Below, piece after piece: positions 54,575-64,000 of a DNA stretch of 64,000 nucleotides. The stretch's first letter is position 1. Each line of letters opens with the position of its first letter. Below the pieces are notes generated by a model, which saw only the letters and a program-made list of their open reading frames with translations, searched no databases and was not told the origin of the DNA. Position numbers and translations under genes: made by a program. The stretch covers positions 980-64,979 of the forward strand of contig JBBRLL010000004.1 of NCBI GenBank assembly GCA_038231395.1, read 5' to 3'. This DNA comes from Rhodobacterales bacterium. Lineage in GTDB: Bacteria; Pseudomonadota; Alphaproteobacteria; Rhodobacterales; Rhodobacteraceae.

Positions 54575-56158
54575 TCACAGCACGAAATCGCTCGCGTCCA
54601 AAGCGTTCACACCGAACAGGCGGATGATGCTGTCGGCGACGCCATCGCCGTTCACATCCATCTGCACAAACGCGGTGCCGCCAGCCACGCCGAAACGCAA
54701 CTCCCCCGCCACACCGTGAAATCCAGCCGTCCCGATGAAGGTGAAGGCGTCGTTGACGCCCGCGCTGGTGCTGTCCGCGTCAATCGAAGCAAGGTTGACG
54801 CGATCATCGCCGTGAATAAAATCGGTGATGCGGTCAGCACTGCTATTCGTTTTGCCAGACTGCACCACGGCGGTGAATACAAAGGTGTCGAGGCCCGTCC
54901 CGCCGGTCATCGTGTCGCGTCCGGTTCCGCCGTTCAGCACGTCATTGCCGGAATCGCCGTTCAGAACGTCGCCTCCCGCACCGCCGAACAGCGTGTCGTT
55001 CTCAAAGCCGCCATACATCAAGTCGTTCTGGGTGCCGCCGGTCATCCGGTCATTGCCGCCTTCGCCAAACAATGTGTCGTTTCCGTCCAGCCCGCTCAGG
55101 ATGTTGTTGCCGGTATTGCCAAAAAGGCCGTTGGCCAAGGCATTGCCCGTCCCGTTATAGTCATCTGCCCCCAGCAGCGTCAGCAACTCCACCCCGTCAC
55201 CCAGTTGAAACGACGTTGCGGCATCGACTTGGTCCGCATCGCCGCCGCCCGCGTCTTCCACGATGATCAGGGCCGGAGCACTGGTAAAATAGATGTCATT
55301 GCCCGCGCCCCCCGCAACCGAACCATTGAGGATACCGCCCCGTCCGTCATACACATCATCCCCCGCGCCAAGGAAGATGTTGCCGGTGATGGTGCCAGAG
55401 TTGACAATCGTATCAACAGAGGCACCGGACGACACAATCGCATCCACCGGGCCGGTGATCATGCCAGAGTTGGTCAGGTGAAAGGTCGAGGCATCCGACA
55501 GCAGATCAACCGCAATCACCGTGGCACTTTGCGATTGGATGGTGCCAGAGTTGGTGATCGCTTGCGCCGTGCCAACCACCACGCCCTGACTAAGGTCGCC
55601 GGTGACACTCACCGCGCTGTCATTGACGGCAGCAATATCACCGGAATTGGTCAGCGTCTCGGTCGGCCCGTGCAGGGTGACCGCCACCTCCACCGTGCTG
55701 ACCTGCCCGTAGTTGACCAGCGTGTCGCCGGGTTTGGTGAAATTGCCGTCCACCTCATAGCCCAGAATAGCACCGCTCAAGCCCGCGATGGTGCCGGTGT
55801 TCACGATCAGATTGGCACCGTAAATCGCCACCACGGCAACGCCGTTCTCTGCCGAGATATAACCCGCGTTCAACAGCAGACTGCCGCCGTAATTGTTGCC
55901 GCCCAGCAGAATGCCGTCCCACGCGCTCAGATAAACCTGTCCGGTCGCTTCCACTCTGACCGTGTCATTGCCGCTGAGCGATATGAAACTCGCGTTGACG
56001 GTGCCCGCAATATCAAGGCTCACACCACCCGTGTCAGAATACCAGACATCCCCGCTGGAATCCCAGACGCCCTGTTCCGTAACAGTGACCGTATCCCCCG
56101 TCACGAGGTAAAGATACGTGTGCGGGTTGGTGTAAGTGGAAAATACATAATGCGTCAT
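54575..56158 (-). CDS. Secreted beta-helix / RTX calcium-binding protein (paralogue 2)
   Basis: Same architecture as 51997-53484: NSGTI/NSGMI repeats, GGAGNDIY..., GGNDRMTGGTQNDLMYGGFENDTLFGGAGGDVLNGDSGNDVLNGGTGRDTMTGGTGLDTFVF, and C-terminus FTFIGTAGF...MDVNGDGVADSIIRL...ASDFVL. I trimmed the start to MTHYVF (56158). Confidence 0.85.
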   Translation of the reverse strand: MTHYVFSTYTNPHTYLYLVTGDTVTVTEQGVWDSSGDVWYSDTGGVSLDIAGTVNASFISLSGNDTVRVEATGQVYLSAWDGILLGGNNYGGSLLLNAGYISAENGVAVVAIYGANLIVNTGTIAGLSGAILGYEVDGNFTKPGDTLVNYGQVSTVEVAVTLHGPTETLTNSGDIAAVNDSAVSVTGDLSQGVVVGTAQAITNSGTIQSQSATVIAVDLLSDASTFHLTNSGMITGPVDAIVSSGASVDTIVNSGTITGNIFLGAGDDVYDGRGGILNGSVAGGAGNDIYFTSAPALIIVEDAGGGDADQVDAATSFQLGDGVELLTLLGADDYNGTGNALANGLFGNTGNNILSGLDGNDTLFGEGGNDRMTGGTQNDLMYGGFENDTLFGGAGGDVLNGDSGNDVLNGGTGRDTMTGGTGLDTFVFTAVVQSGKTNSSADRITDFIHGDDRVNLASIDADSTSAGVNDAFTFIGTAGFHGVAGELRFGVAGGTAFVQMDVNGDGVADSIIRLFGVNALDASDFVL

Positions 56159-56266
56159 TGAAAACCTCGGCTGCAAAATAGGGTTAGCATCAGCCTACAC
56201 AGGTAGCGCCGCTCACTATAACACTTTCTTCATTTCTGGCGTGTGACAGGGCACACATTGCCCGAT

Positions 56267-57097
56267 CTAAAGCGTGGTCCGGACCTGCCAAAGCTCCGGA
56301 AACAACTCCACCTCCAGCATCTTTTTAAGGTAGCCCGCCCCGGACGTCCCCCCCGTGCCGCGCTTCATCCCGATCACGCGGGTCACGGTGGTCAGGTGGT
56401 TGAAACGCCATCTGCGGAAGTAATCCTCGAAATCCACCAGCTTTTCGGCCATCTCATAGGCTTCCCAGTTCGCTTGCGGGTCACGGTACACCTCGACCCA
56501 CACCTTTAGCACGCCGGGATGGCTGACCCATTGCTGCGACACATCGCGGTTCAGCACGTCATCTGGCACCGACAGCCCACTGCGCGCCAGATGCCGCAAT
56601 GCCTCGTCATACAGGCTGGGCCGCGCCAGTTCCGCCGTAAGCTTTTCCAGCAGGTCAGGCCGGTGCGCATGGGGCCGCAGCATCGCGGTATTGCGGTTGC
56701 CCACGGCATATTCGATCAGCCGGTATTGCCACGACTGAAAGCCTGATGACTGCCCCAGACTGTCGCGAAACGTGGTGTAATCCGACGGAGTCATCGTGCG
56801 CAAAACATCCCAGGCGTTGTTCAACTGCTCGAATATCCGGGCGATCCGCGCCAGCATCTTGAACGCCTCCTTCGCGCGCCCCGCAGCAATTGTGCGGCGG
56901 GCGGCGTCCAACTCGTGCAACGCCAGTTTCATCCACAGTTCAGATGTCTGGTGCTGGATGATGAACAGCAATTCGTCGGGTGCGGCGCTGATCGGGTTTT
57001 GCGCGGTCAGGATCTGGTCGATCTTGAGGTAATCGCCATAGGACATGCGCCCGTCGAACGACATCTGCGCACCATCGGCTGCAGGGTCGTAGGTCAT
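56267..57097 (-). CDS. kynA: Tryptophan 2,3-dioxygenase
   Basis: [20 protein letters not shown]...[18 protein letters not shown]...[13 protein letters not shown]. Confidence 0.9.
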   Translation of the reverse strand: MTYDPAADGAQMSFDGRMSYGDYLKIDQILTAQNPISAAPDELLFIIQHQTSELWMKLALHELDAARRTIAAGRAKEAFKMLARIARIFEQLNNAWDVLRTMTPSDYTTFRDSLGQSSGFQSWQYRLIEYAVGNRNTAMLRPHAHRPDLLEKLTAELARPSLYDEALRHLARSGLSVPDDVLNRDVSQQWVSHPGVLKVWVEVYRDPQANWEAYEMAEKLVDFEDYFRRWRFNHLTTVTRVIGMKRGTGGTSGAGYLKKMLEVELFPELWQVRTTL

Positions 57098-57558
57098 TCG
57101 GTCAGCTCCAGAACCATCTGCGCCTCGGTGAATTCAACCCCGTCTCTGGTGACGGTCGCCATACGCTCGACTTGCCAGTCGCGCCGCGTCAGAAACTGGC
57201 GGGATTGGTGCGCGGCAAAGACGGTGAACCGGGTCAGACCCGCCGCTTTGGCTCGGGCCATCACCGTGTTGTAAAGCGCTGCGGCGGTGCCATTGCCCAT
57301 CACCTCGGGAATGACAAAGGCTTCGTCAAGGTAGCCGCTGTGATCCATCGAGAAATAGCCCGTCATCCGACCCTCCTCCTCTGCGACATAACACCAATGG
57401 GCGACAAGATGGTCGGGTTTCTCCCAGTCCGGTTCGGGCGCAGGGGCCCATGCGGCGCGTTGAGCGGCAGAGGAATGAGCGACAGTGCCCTCGTGGACGG
57501 CGCGGTAAAACACCAGTTCGACCGCAGCGCGGTCTTCTGGGCGATAAGGGCGGATCAT
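57094..57558 (-). CDS. GNAT-family N-acetyltransferase embedded in the kyn operon
   Basis: [21 protein letters not shown]... with a GNAT-like core ([33 protein letters not shown]). ATGA overlaps with both the kynU stop and the kynA start. Confidence 0.75.
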   Translation of the reverse strand: MIRPYRPEDRAAVELVFYRAVHEGTVAHSSAAQRAAWAPAPEPDWEKPDHLVAHWCYVAEEEGRMTGYFSMDHSGYLDEAFVIPEVMGNGTAAALYNTVMARAKAAGLTRFTVFAAHQSRQFLTRRDWQVERMATVTRDGVEFTEAQMVLELTE

Positions 57559-58748
57559 GTCACCTGCGCCCTTTGCCGGAACTCTGCCCTGTCCCACGAC
57601 CCGCTGGACATGATGCGGCTGAGGATGGCCACCGCTCCGTCAACCTCTGCCGCGCCAATGTACAGCGGCGTAAACCCAAACCGCAGGATATCCGGCGCAC
57701 GAAAGTCGCCAATCACCCCTTGAGCAATCAACGCCTGCATGATGGCATAACCCTCCGGATGGCGGAAACTGACCTGACTTCCCCGCAGGACATGGTCGCG
57801 CGGTGTCACCAGCGTCAGGGTCGGGCAAGCGGCCTCGATCCCGGCAATGAAACGGTCGGTCAGGGCCAGGGACTGCGCCCTCAGATCGGCCAGATCGACG
57901 CTGTCCCAGATGTCCAATGCGGCATCCAAAGCGGCGAGTTGCAGGATCGGCGGCGTGCCGACCCGCATCCGTTCGATCCCCGCACCGGGGCGATAATCAC
58001 TGTCAAAGGCAAATGGCGCTTCGTGGCCAAGCCAGCCCGACAGCGCGGGTTGCACAGTGTCCGCATGGCGTGGGGCCACATAGATGAACGCCGGTCCGCC
58101 GGGGCCGGAGTTCAGGTATTTATAGCTGCATCCCACCGCAAAATCGGCACCGTCTGCCGCCACATTGACCGGGAATGCCCCGGCAGAATGCGCCAAATCC
58201 CAGATGATCAGCGCGCCCGACGCGTGTGCCCGGGCTGACAGGGCCGCCATGTCATGCCGCCGCCCGGTTCTGTAGTCAACTTCGGTGATCATCACCACCG
58301 CCACGGTCTCGTCTATCGCCGCCAGCACCGCCTCTGGCGCCACGGTTTTTAAGGCGTAGTCGCCCCCCAAAGTCCGGCAAAGGCCCTGCGCCATATAAAG
58401 GTCCGAAGGGAAATTGCCGGTGTCCGACAAGATCACCTTGCGCGGCGACATCTGCAAAGCGGATGCCAGCGCCTGATAGACCTTGATCGACAAGGTGTCG
58501 CCCATCACCACATGCCCAGCCTCCGCCCCGATCAGCCGGGCAATCCGGTCACCGATGCGGGCAGGCATCGCCATCCAGCCCGCCTTGTTCCAGCCGCCGA
58601 TCAGCATCTGCCCCCATTCGGCTTGCAGGGTTTGGGCAACCCGGGCCGCGGCTGCGACCGGCAAGGGCCCCAGCGAATTGCCGTCCAGATAGATCACGCC
58701 GTCCGGCAGGTGAAACTGGCGTTTTGTGGCGGCGAAATCGGTGGTCAT
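57555..58748 (-). CDS. kynU: Kynureninase
   Basis: [17 protein letters not shown]...WDLAHSAG...[15 protein letters not shown] (PLP-lysine region). I trimmed the start from 58775. Confidence 0.9.
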   Translation of the reverse strand: MTTDFAATKRQFHLPDGVIYLDGNSLGPLPVAAAARVAQTLQAEWGQMLIGGWNKAGWMAMPARIGDRIARLIGAEAGHVVMGDTLSIKVYQALASALQMSPRKVILSDTGNFPSDLYMAQGLCRTLGGDYALKTVAPEAVLAAIDETVAVVMITEVDYRTGRRHDMAALSARAHASGALIIWDLAHSAGAFPVNVAADGADFAVGCSYKYLNSGPGGPAFIYVAPRHADTVQPALSGWLGHEAPFAFDSDYRPGAGIERMRVGTPPILQLAALDAALDIWDSVDLADLRAQSLALTDRFIAGIEAACPTLTLVTPRDHVLRGSQVSFRHPEGYAIMQALIAQGVIGDFRAPDILRFGFTPLYIGAAEVDGAVAILSRIMSSGSWDRAEFRQRAQVT

Positions 58749-58978
58749 GGCGCTCTCTCCCTCGGTCAGGCTCACCCGAAAACGGGACTGGCGAAACCGC
58801 TATTTTAAGCTTGAAACACCTCTGGCCCGATTGCAAACCTTCCATTGCCGACACTTCATCGGTCAAAGGCGAAAATCTTGCTGCAATGCAGGATAAGGTT
58901 GCATCCGGTTTGCGCCATGATATGCCGATTTTGCAGGTTAACGGTGCCGGGGTCCGGGCCGCTAAAGGGGGATATCCT

Positions 58979-60553
58979 ATGAAGATCGGCGCATTGGCAG
59001 AGGTTTTTCCGGGCGAAAATCGCGTGGCGATGACGCCGGATTCAGCGCTGGCCGAAATGAAGTTGGGGCATGTGTGCTGCATTCAGGCGGGGGCGGGGGC
59101 GAAGGCGGGTTTTTCGGATGCGCTTTATGCCAAGGCCGGAGTGGAGGTTCTGCCCAGTGCCGCCGCTGTGGTGGCGGCCGCTGACGTTCTGGTCAAGGTG
59201 CGTGGCCCCGACAATGCCGAGGCGGAGGCATTGCGCGATGGCCAGACGCTGATCAGTTTTTTCTGGCCCGCCCAGAACCCGGATTTGCTGGAGATCGTCA
59301 AGGCGCGCGGTGCGACCGTGGTTGCGATGGACATGGTGCCCCGCATTTCACGCGCGCAAAAGATGGACGCGCTGTCGTCGATGGCCAATATCGCGGGCTA
59401 CCGCGCGGTGATTGAAGCCGGGGCCAACTTTGGCCGCTTCTTCACCGGTCAGGTGACGGCTGCGGGCAAGGTACCGCCGGCCAAGGTGCTGGTGGTTGGG
59501 GCTGGCGTCGCGGGACTGGCGGCCACCGGGACTTCGGTGTCCTTGGGGGCCATCGTCTACGCCTTTGACGTGCGCCCCGAAGTGGCGGAACAGATTGAAT
59601 CGATGGGGGCGCAGTTTGTCTACCTCGACTTTGCCGAAAAGCAGACGGATGGGGCGGCGACCGGCGGCTATGCGTCACCCTCCAGCCCGGAGTTTCGCGA
59701 CACGCAGCTGAAAAAGTTCCGTGAACTGGCCCCCGATATGGACATCGTGATCACCACGGCCCTGATCCCCGGCAGACCAGCGCCAAAGCTGTGGACGGCG
59801 GATATGGTGGCGCTGATGAAGCCCGGTTCCGTCATCGTTGACCTGGCTGCCGAGCGCGGCGGCAACTGTGATCTGACTGTGATGGATCAGAAGATCGTCA
59901 GCGACAACGGGGTGACGGTGGTCGGATATACCGATTTCCCCAGCCGGATGGCGGCGCAGGCGTCAACGCTTTATTCCACCAACATCCGCCATATGGTGAC
60001 CGATCTGACGCCAAAGAAGGACGGTGTCATCGTTCATAACATGGACGACGACGTGATCCGCGGGGCAACGGTGGCCAAGGGTGGGTCGATCACCTGGCCG
60101 CCACCACCGCCAAAGATCGCAGCCATTGCCGTGCAAAAACCGAAGGAAAAGGTCAAGGAATTGACCCCGGACGAAAAGCGCGCCAAGGAAGTCGCTGTGT
60201 TCAAAGCGCAGTCGCGCAGTCAGGTCGGCATGCTGGTGGGCGCGGGCGTGGTGATGGCGCTGATCGGCGCCTATGCCCCCGCCGAATTCATGGCGCACTT
60301 CATCGTGTTTGCGCTGTCCTGCTTCATCGGGTTCTCGGTGATCTGGAATGTCAGTCACGCACTTCACACGCCCTTGATGGCCGTCACCAACGCCATCAGC
60401 GGCATCGTGATCCTGGGGGCCTTGCTGCAGATCGGCTCTGGCAACTGGCTGGTGGTGGCTTTGGCCGCCGTGTCCGTCCTGATCGCATCCATCAACATCG
60501 TCGGGGGTTTTCTGGTCACGCGCCGGATGCTCGCCATGTTCCAGAAGTCGTGA
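58979..60553 (+). CDS. pntA: NAD(P) transhydrogenase subunit alpha
   Basis: [23 protein letters not shown]..., NAD-binding [14 protein letters not shown]-terminal TM helices. I trimmed the start from 58724. Confidence 0.9.
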   Translation: MKIGALAEVFPGENRVAMTPDSALAEMKLGHVCCIQAGAGAKAGFSDALYAKAGVEVLPSAAAVVAAADVLVKVRGPDNAEAEALRDGQTLISFFWPAQNPDLLEIVKARGATVVAMDMVPRISRAQKMDALSSMANIAGYRAVIEAGANFGRFFTGQVTAAGKVPPAKVLVVGAGVAGLAATGTSVSLGAIVYAFDVRPEVAEQIESMGAQFVYLDFAEKQTDGAATGGYASPSSPEFRDTQLKKFRELAPDMDIVITTALIPGRPAPKLWTADMVALMKPGSVIVDLAAERGGNCDLTVMDQKIVSDNGVTVVGYTDFPSRMAAQASTLYSTNIRHMVTDLTPKKDGVIVHNMDDDVIRGATVAKGGSITWPPPPPKIAAIAVQKPKEKVKELTPDEKRAKEVAVFKAQSRSQVGMLVGAGVVMALIGAYAPAEFMAHFIVFALSCFIGFSVIWNVSHALHTPLMAVTNAISGIVILGALLQIGSGNWLVVALAAVSVLIASINIVGGFLVTRRMLAMFQKS

Positions 60554-60563
60554 GGAGGCACCC

Positions 60564-61997
60564 ATGAGCATCGGTATCGTCTCGGCTGCCTATATCGCGG
60601 CGGCTATTCTATTCATCCTCAGCCTTGGCGGTCTGTCGGGGCAGGAAAGTGCCAAACGCGCTGTCTGGTACGGCATTGCAGGTATGGCTTTGGCGGTGGG
60701 GGCCACGGTGTTCTCGCCCGAGGTGGCGCATGTCTGGGTCATCGCCATCATGGTGGCCATTGGTGCCGTGTTGGGGGCTTTGGTCGCCTCGCGCGTCCAG
60801 ATGACCGAAATGCCGCAACTGGTGGCGGCGTTGCACAGCTTTGTCGGTCTGGCGGCGGTTCTGATCGGCTACAACGCCGATCTGGAGCTTTCGCGGGTTC
60901 TGGCGATGGATGATGCGGGCAAGGCCCTGCTGATCGGTTTTGCCAAGAAACTGGCCGCCAAGGATGCGGTCGAACAATCCATCCTGCATATCGAGGTGTT
61001 TCTGGGCGTCTTCATCGGTGCTGTCACCTTCACCGGATCGGTCGTGGCGTTCGGCAAGCTGGCTGGCCGCGTCGACGGCAAGGCGAAAAAGCTGCCGGGC
61101 GGGCATTTGTTGAACGCAGGTTCTGCGATAGCCTCGCTGATCCTGCTGGTCTTGTACTTCAACGGCGCGGGGATCTGGGCGCTCGCGCTGATGACGCTGT
61201 TTGCGCTGTTCATCGGCTATCATCTGATCATGGGCATTGGCGGTGCGGACATGCCGGTCGTGGTGTCGATGCTCAACAGCTATTCGGGCTGGGCCGCGGC
61301 GGCGATCGGCTTCACGCTTGGCAATGACCTGTTGATTGTCACCGGGGCGTTGGTCGGCTCCTCGGGTGCGATCCTGAGCTACATCATGTGCAAGGCGATG
61401 AACCGGTCGTTCATCAGCGTGATCCTGGGCGGCTTTGGCGGCACGACGGGTCCGGCGATGGAGATCACCGGCGAGATGGTGGCGATTGACGTCGATGGCG
61501 TGGCCTCGGTGCTGAATGATGCCGACAGCGTCATCATCATCCCGGGTTACGGAATGGCGGTGGCACAGGCGCAGCAGGCGGTCAGCGAGTTGACCCGCAA
61601 ACTGCGCGCCCGTGGCAAGAAGGTGCGCTTCGCCATCCATCCGGTGGTAGGGCGTCTGCCGGGCCACATGAACGTGCTTTTGGCAGAGGCGAAAGTGCCC
61701 TATGACATCGTCTTGGAGATGGATGAGATCAACGATGACTTCCCGTCCACCGATGTGGCCATTGTCATCGGATCAAACGACATCGTGAACCCGGCGGCAC
61801 AGGAAGACCCGAACTCCCCAATCGCCGGGATGCCGGTGTTGGAATGTTGGAAGGCCAAGACGGTCATCGTTTTGAAGCGCGGGCAGGGCACCGGCTATTC
61901 CGGTATCGAGAACCCGTTGTTCTACAAAGAGAACACCCGGATGTACTATGGCGATGCCAAGAAAAGTCTGGACGCTTTGCTGCCTTTGATCAGCTGA
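60564..61997 (+). CDS. pntB: NAD(P) transhydrogenase subunit beta
   Basis: Polytopic N-terminus plus the C-terminal NADP(H) domain ([13 protein letters not shown]...[21 protein letters not shown]...[10 protein letters not shown]). Confidence 0.95.
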   Translation: MSIGIVSAAYIAAAILFILSLGGLSGQESAKRAVWYGIAGMALAVGATVFSPEVAHVWVIAIMVAIGAVLGALVASRVQMTEMPQLVAALHSFVGLAAVLIGYNADLELSRVLAMDDAGKALLIGFAKKLAAKDAVEQSILHIEVFLGVFIGAVTFTGSVVAFGKLAGRVDGKAKKLPGGHLLNAGSAIASLILLVLYFNGAGIWALALMTLFALFIGYHLIMGIGGADMPVVVSMLNSYSGWAAAAIGFTLGNDLLIVTGALVGSSGAILSYIMCKAMNRSFISVILGGFGGTTGPAMEITGEMVAIDVDGVASVLNDADSVIIIPGYGMAVAQAQQAVSELTRKLRARGKKVRFAIHPVVGRLPGHMNVLLAEAKVPYDIVLEMDEINDDFPSTDVAIVIGSNDIVNPAAQEDPNSPIAGMPVLECWKAKTVIVLKRGQGTGYSGIENPLFYKENTRMYYGDAKKSLDALLPLIS

Positions 61998-62218
61998 GGC
62001 ATGGGCCGACGGCCCATCCTACCTTGTCCAGAACTCACGGCCCCGGTTCGACGCTGGGGCTGTGGTCCTGAAAGGTCATTCGCCGGCCCTGCGCCTCAGA
62101 TCGTCCAGCACGACTTTTTGGCCCAGACGCGTCAAGCTGCCTAAAGTTCCGCGCCAAGGGCTTGGGACGCTTTGGCGGGGTCTTCGGCATGGCTCAAGTT
62201 GCTCTCCTTTAGCGAACG

Positions 62219-62482
62219 TTAGCCGCAGTTGCCACCGCCGCCAAAGGTCAGCGTTGAGGTGATCTGACCCTTGCTGACCACGGTGGCGCGGTCGCGCGTG
62301 CCGGTTGCTCCATTCGCCCCGGTGACCACGGTGTGGCTGGAGCATTGCATCTGGCCGTTGCTGGTCTGGCAGGTGCCGTTGGTCACCGAACTGCCGCGGT
62401 TCTGGCCGGTCACGGTTATGGTTTCGGCAATGCCAGGTCCGGACAAGCCGAACAGGACAAACGCTAAGATGGTGGTCTTCAT
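62219..62482 (-). CDS. Small secreted Gly/Thr/Ser-rich protein (87 aa), unknown function
   Basis: Signal peptide MKTTILAFVLFGLSGPGIA. AAGGAAG Shine-Dalgarno upstream. The mature part has 3 Cys and ends in GGGGNCG. Confidence 0.6.
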   Translation of the reverse strand: MKTTILAFVLFGLSGPGIAETITVTGQNRGSSVTNGTCQTSNGQMQCSSHTVVTGANGATGTRDRATVVSKGQITSTLTFGGGGNCG

Positions 62483-62665
62483 GGCAATCTTCCTTTTTGC
62501 GGTTTCTGCCAGCGTTTACGCAGCGCGATGCTTTGTCCCACGCCCCCGCTGCACCTTTTTTGCCAGTCTATCAAAGTATACCAGTAAGGCCTTGTTTCGC
62601 CGCCGCTTCTCGCTTTACCTCGTCCACAGCCCGCCTATCTTTTCGCTAATTGCAAAAGGAAAAAG

Positions 62666-63940
62666 ATGCTGACCGACCATCCCCTGCGCTACGCCTTGGT
62701 GAACGAGCTTCACGCCCGGCCTTTTCCGGTGCTGTCCGTGCCAAGCACGGCGGCCTTTGTGGCGCTGATGGAGCAGGATGGTGCCGCGCGCGACCGTGCC
62801 GCCGACCGTGCCCATTTGCTGGACCTGCTTGACCGTCACGGCTCCACCCATCCGCAACCAGAGGCCACCCATTATTCCGGTCCGATTGGCAGGTCCGAAC
62901 TGAAATGGGAAAGCCATACCGAGTTTGTCACCTATTCCGCCTTTACGCCGGGCGCTTCGCAACGGCCCTTTGACCCTGCCGAAGCAGAGGTTCTGCCCGA
63001 AAGCTGGCGCATGGCGGCGCCGGGACGCTGTGCCACCTCGGTGCTGATCCGCATCGAACACCAGCCCGATACCGAGGCTGAAATGATGGCCAAACTGGAC
63101 GAGTGGTTCGTGGCCGAAAGCCTTGCCGTGTCAACCGTGGTGGACGGGGCCGCCGTGATCGCTGGCGACTTCCGCATCGACCCGGCTGGCCATATGCGCT
63201 TTGCCGTCTTTGTCCGTCCCGGCACCGGCGCGCGCCGGGTCGGCCGCATCGTGCAGCGGCTGTGCGAGATTGAAACCTACCGCGCCATGTCAATGCTGGG
63301 CCTGATCCGCGCGCGGGAGTTGACCACTCAGCTGAACGCCCTGGACCCACGGCTTTCCGCGCTGGTGACCGGACTGGATTTTGACAATCGCCCCGCCGAA
63401 GCCGCCCTGCACGAGCTTTTGACCATCGCTGCCGAACTGGAAAGCCTTGCCGTGCAAAGCTCGTTCCGGTTTGGCGCCACCACGGCCTATGAGGCTATCG
63501 TCAACCAACGCATCGCCGCCCTGCGCGAGGAACGCATGCATGGCCGTCAAAGCTTTGGCGAGTTCATGATGCGCCGCTATGACCCCGCGATGCGCACGGT
63601 GAAATCCACCGAAGCCCGTCTGCACTCGATGGCCGAACGCGCCCAACGCGCCGCTGAGTTGTTGCGTACCCGGGTTGATGTGGAGCGCTCGGGTCAAAAT
63701 CAGGAGTTGCTGGCCTCGATGGACCGCCGCGCCGATATGGCCCTGCGCTTGCAACGCACGGTCGAGGGGCTTTCGGTGGTGGCCGTCAGCTACTATGCGA
63801 CGTCTCTGGCCGCCTATGTGATGCACCCTTTGATAGAGCCGTTTCATTGGGCCGACGGTGTGGACAAAGCCATTCTGACGCCGGTTGTGGTGCTGGCTGT
63901 CTGGCTGTCGTTGCGCCGGATTAGGGCAGGAATGCATTGA
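62666..63940 (+). CDS. DUF3422-family membrane-anchored protein
   Basis: MLTDHPLRYALVNELHARPFPVLSVPS N-terminus and two C-terminal TM helices are characteristic of DUF3422. This assignment is from memory of the family. Confidence 0.65.
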   Translation: MLTDHPLRYALVNELHARPFPVLSVPSTAAFVALMEQDGAARDRAADRAHLLDLLDRHGSTHPQPEATHYSGPIGRSELKWESHTEFVTYSAFTPGASQRPFDPAEAEVLPESWRMAAPGRCATSVLIRIEHQPDTEAEMMAKLDEWFVAESLAVSTVVDGAAVIAGDFRIDPAGHMRFAVFVRPGTGARRVGRIVQRLCEIETYRAMSMLGLIRARELTTQLNALDPRLSALVTGLDFDNRPAEAALHELLTIAAELESLAVQSSFRFGATTAYEAIVNQRIAALREERMHGRQSFGEFMMRRYDPAMRTVKSTEARLHSMAERAQRAAELLRTRVDVERSGQNQELLASMDRRADMALRLQRTVEGLSVVAVSYYATSLAAYVMHPLIEPFHWADGVDKAILTPVVVLAVWLSLRRIRAGMH

Positions 63941-64000
63941 AATAAGGTGACCGGGCGGACCTGTTCGGGTCGAACAAGCTGGACCTTTGCGCCCATCGGG

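Noticed and set aside
62030-62065. A GGTTCGA-containing stretch (ccccggttcgacgctgggg) that resembles a tRNA T-arm downstream of pntB.
   Set aside because: It has only a 4-bp stem with an 11-nt loop. No acceptor, D or anticodon arms can be built around it. It is more likely part of a terminator-like region.
1-64000. Evidence for a mobile element, prophage, genomic island or defence island (integrase, transposase, restriction, toxin-antitoxin, reverse transcriptase, flanking tRNA or direct repeats).
   Set aside because: None of these gene types or boundaries is recognisable. The YafY/WYL regulator, the DUF815 ATPase and the nucleoside hydrolase sit among conserved housekeeping genes rather than in a defence-like context.

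Overview
GC-rich alphaproteobacterial chromosome segment. Gene content and synteny look like Rhodobacteraceae (roseobacter type): tatABC, surE-pcm-nlpD, gltX/gltA, comEC-lexA-moeA-moaC-trpC, clpPX, pntAB. I can support about 58 tightly packed protein-coding genes, many joined by 4-nt ATGA/GTGA stop/start overlaps. I recognised no rRNA, tRNA, CRISPR array, transposase, integrase or prophage genes, and the window looks mostly like core genome. Many long ORFs in the supplied track are antisense shadow ORFs typical of high-GC DNA, and I did not call them. Five things stand out. (1) A long minus-strand block (12.7-20.8 kb) holds a YnjBCD-like ABC importer translationally coupled to a YnjF-like CDP-alcohol phosphatidyltransferase, next to a thiol-redox set: an FAD disulfide reductase, a thioredoxin with a Tat signal, CcdA and DoxX. 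Its function is unknown. (2) Short tandem arrays recur at gene boundaries, always with unit lengths that are multiples of 3 (6, 12, 15, 18 nt). Two of them look like amplified copies of an overlapping stop/start junction (tauE-like stop to next ORF start, and ynjB-like to ynjC-like). (3) There are three RTX-type calcium-binding proteins but no type I secretion genes in the window. One is a 1563-aa protein built from 11 modules of about 99 aa. Two are paralogues flanking an L,D-transpeptidase, and one of these has two perfect CtrA-type TTAA-N7-TTAA boxes upstream. (4) A kynU-GNAT-kynA operon has ATGA overlaps on both sides of the GNAT gene, and no formamidase gene is in the window. (5) A perfect alphaproteobacterial SOS box (GTTC-N7-GTTC) lies upstream of lexA. 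I cannot point to a clearly novel multi-gene system such as a defence island. The ynj-like/redox block and the junction repeats are my best candidates. All family assignments come from reading motifs by eye, not from database searches.
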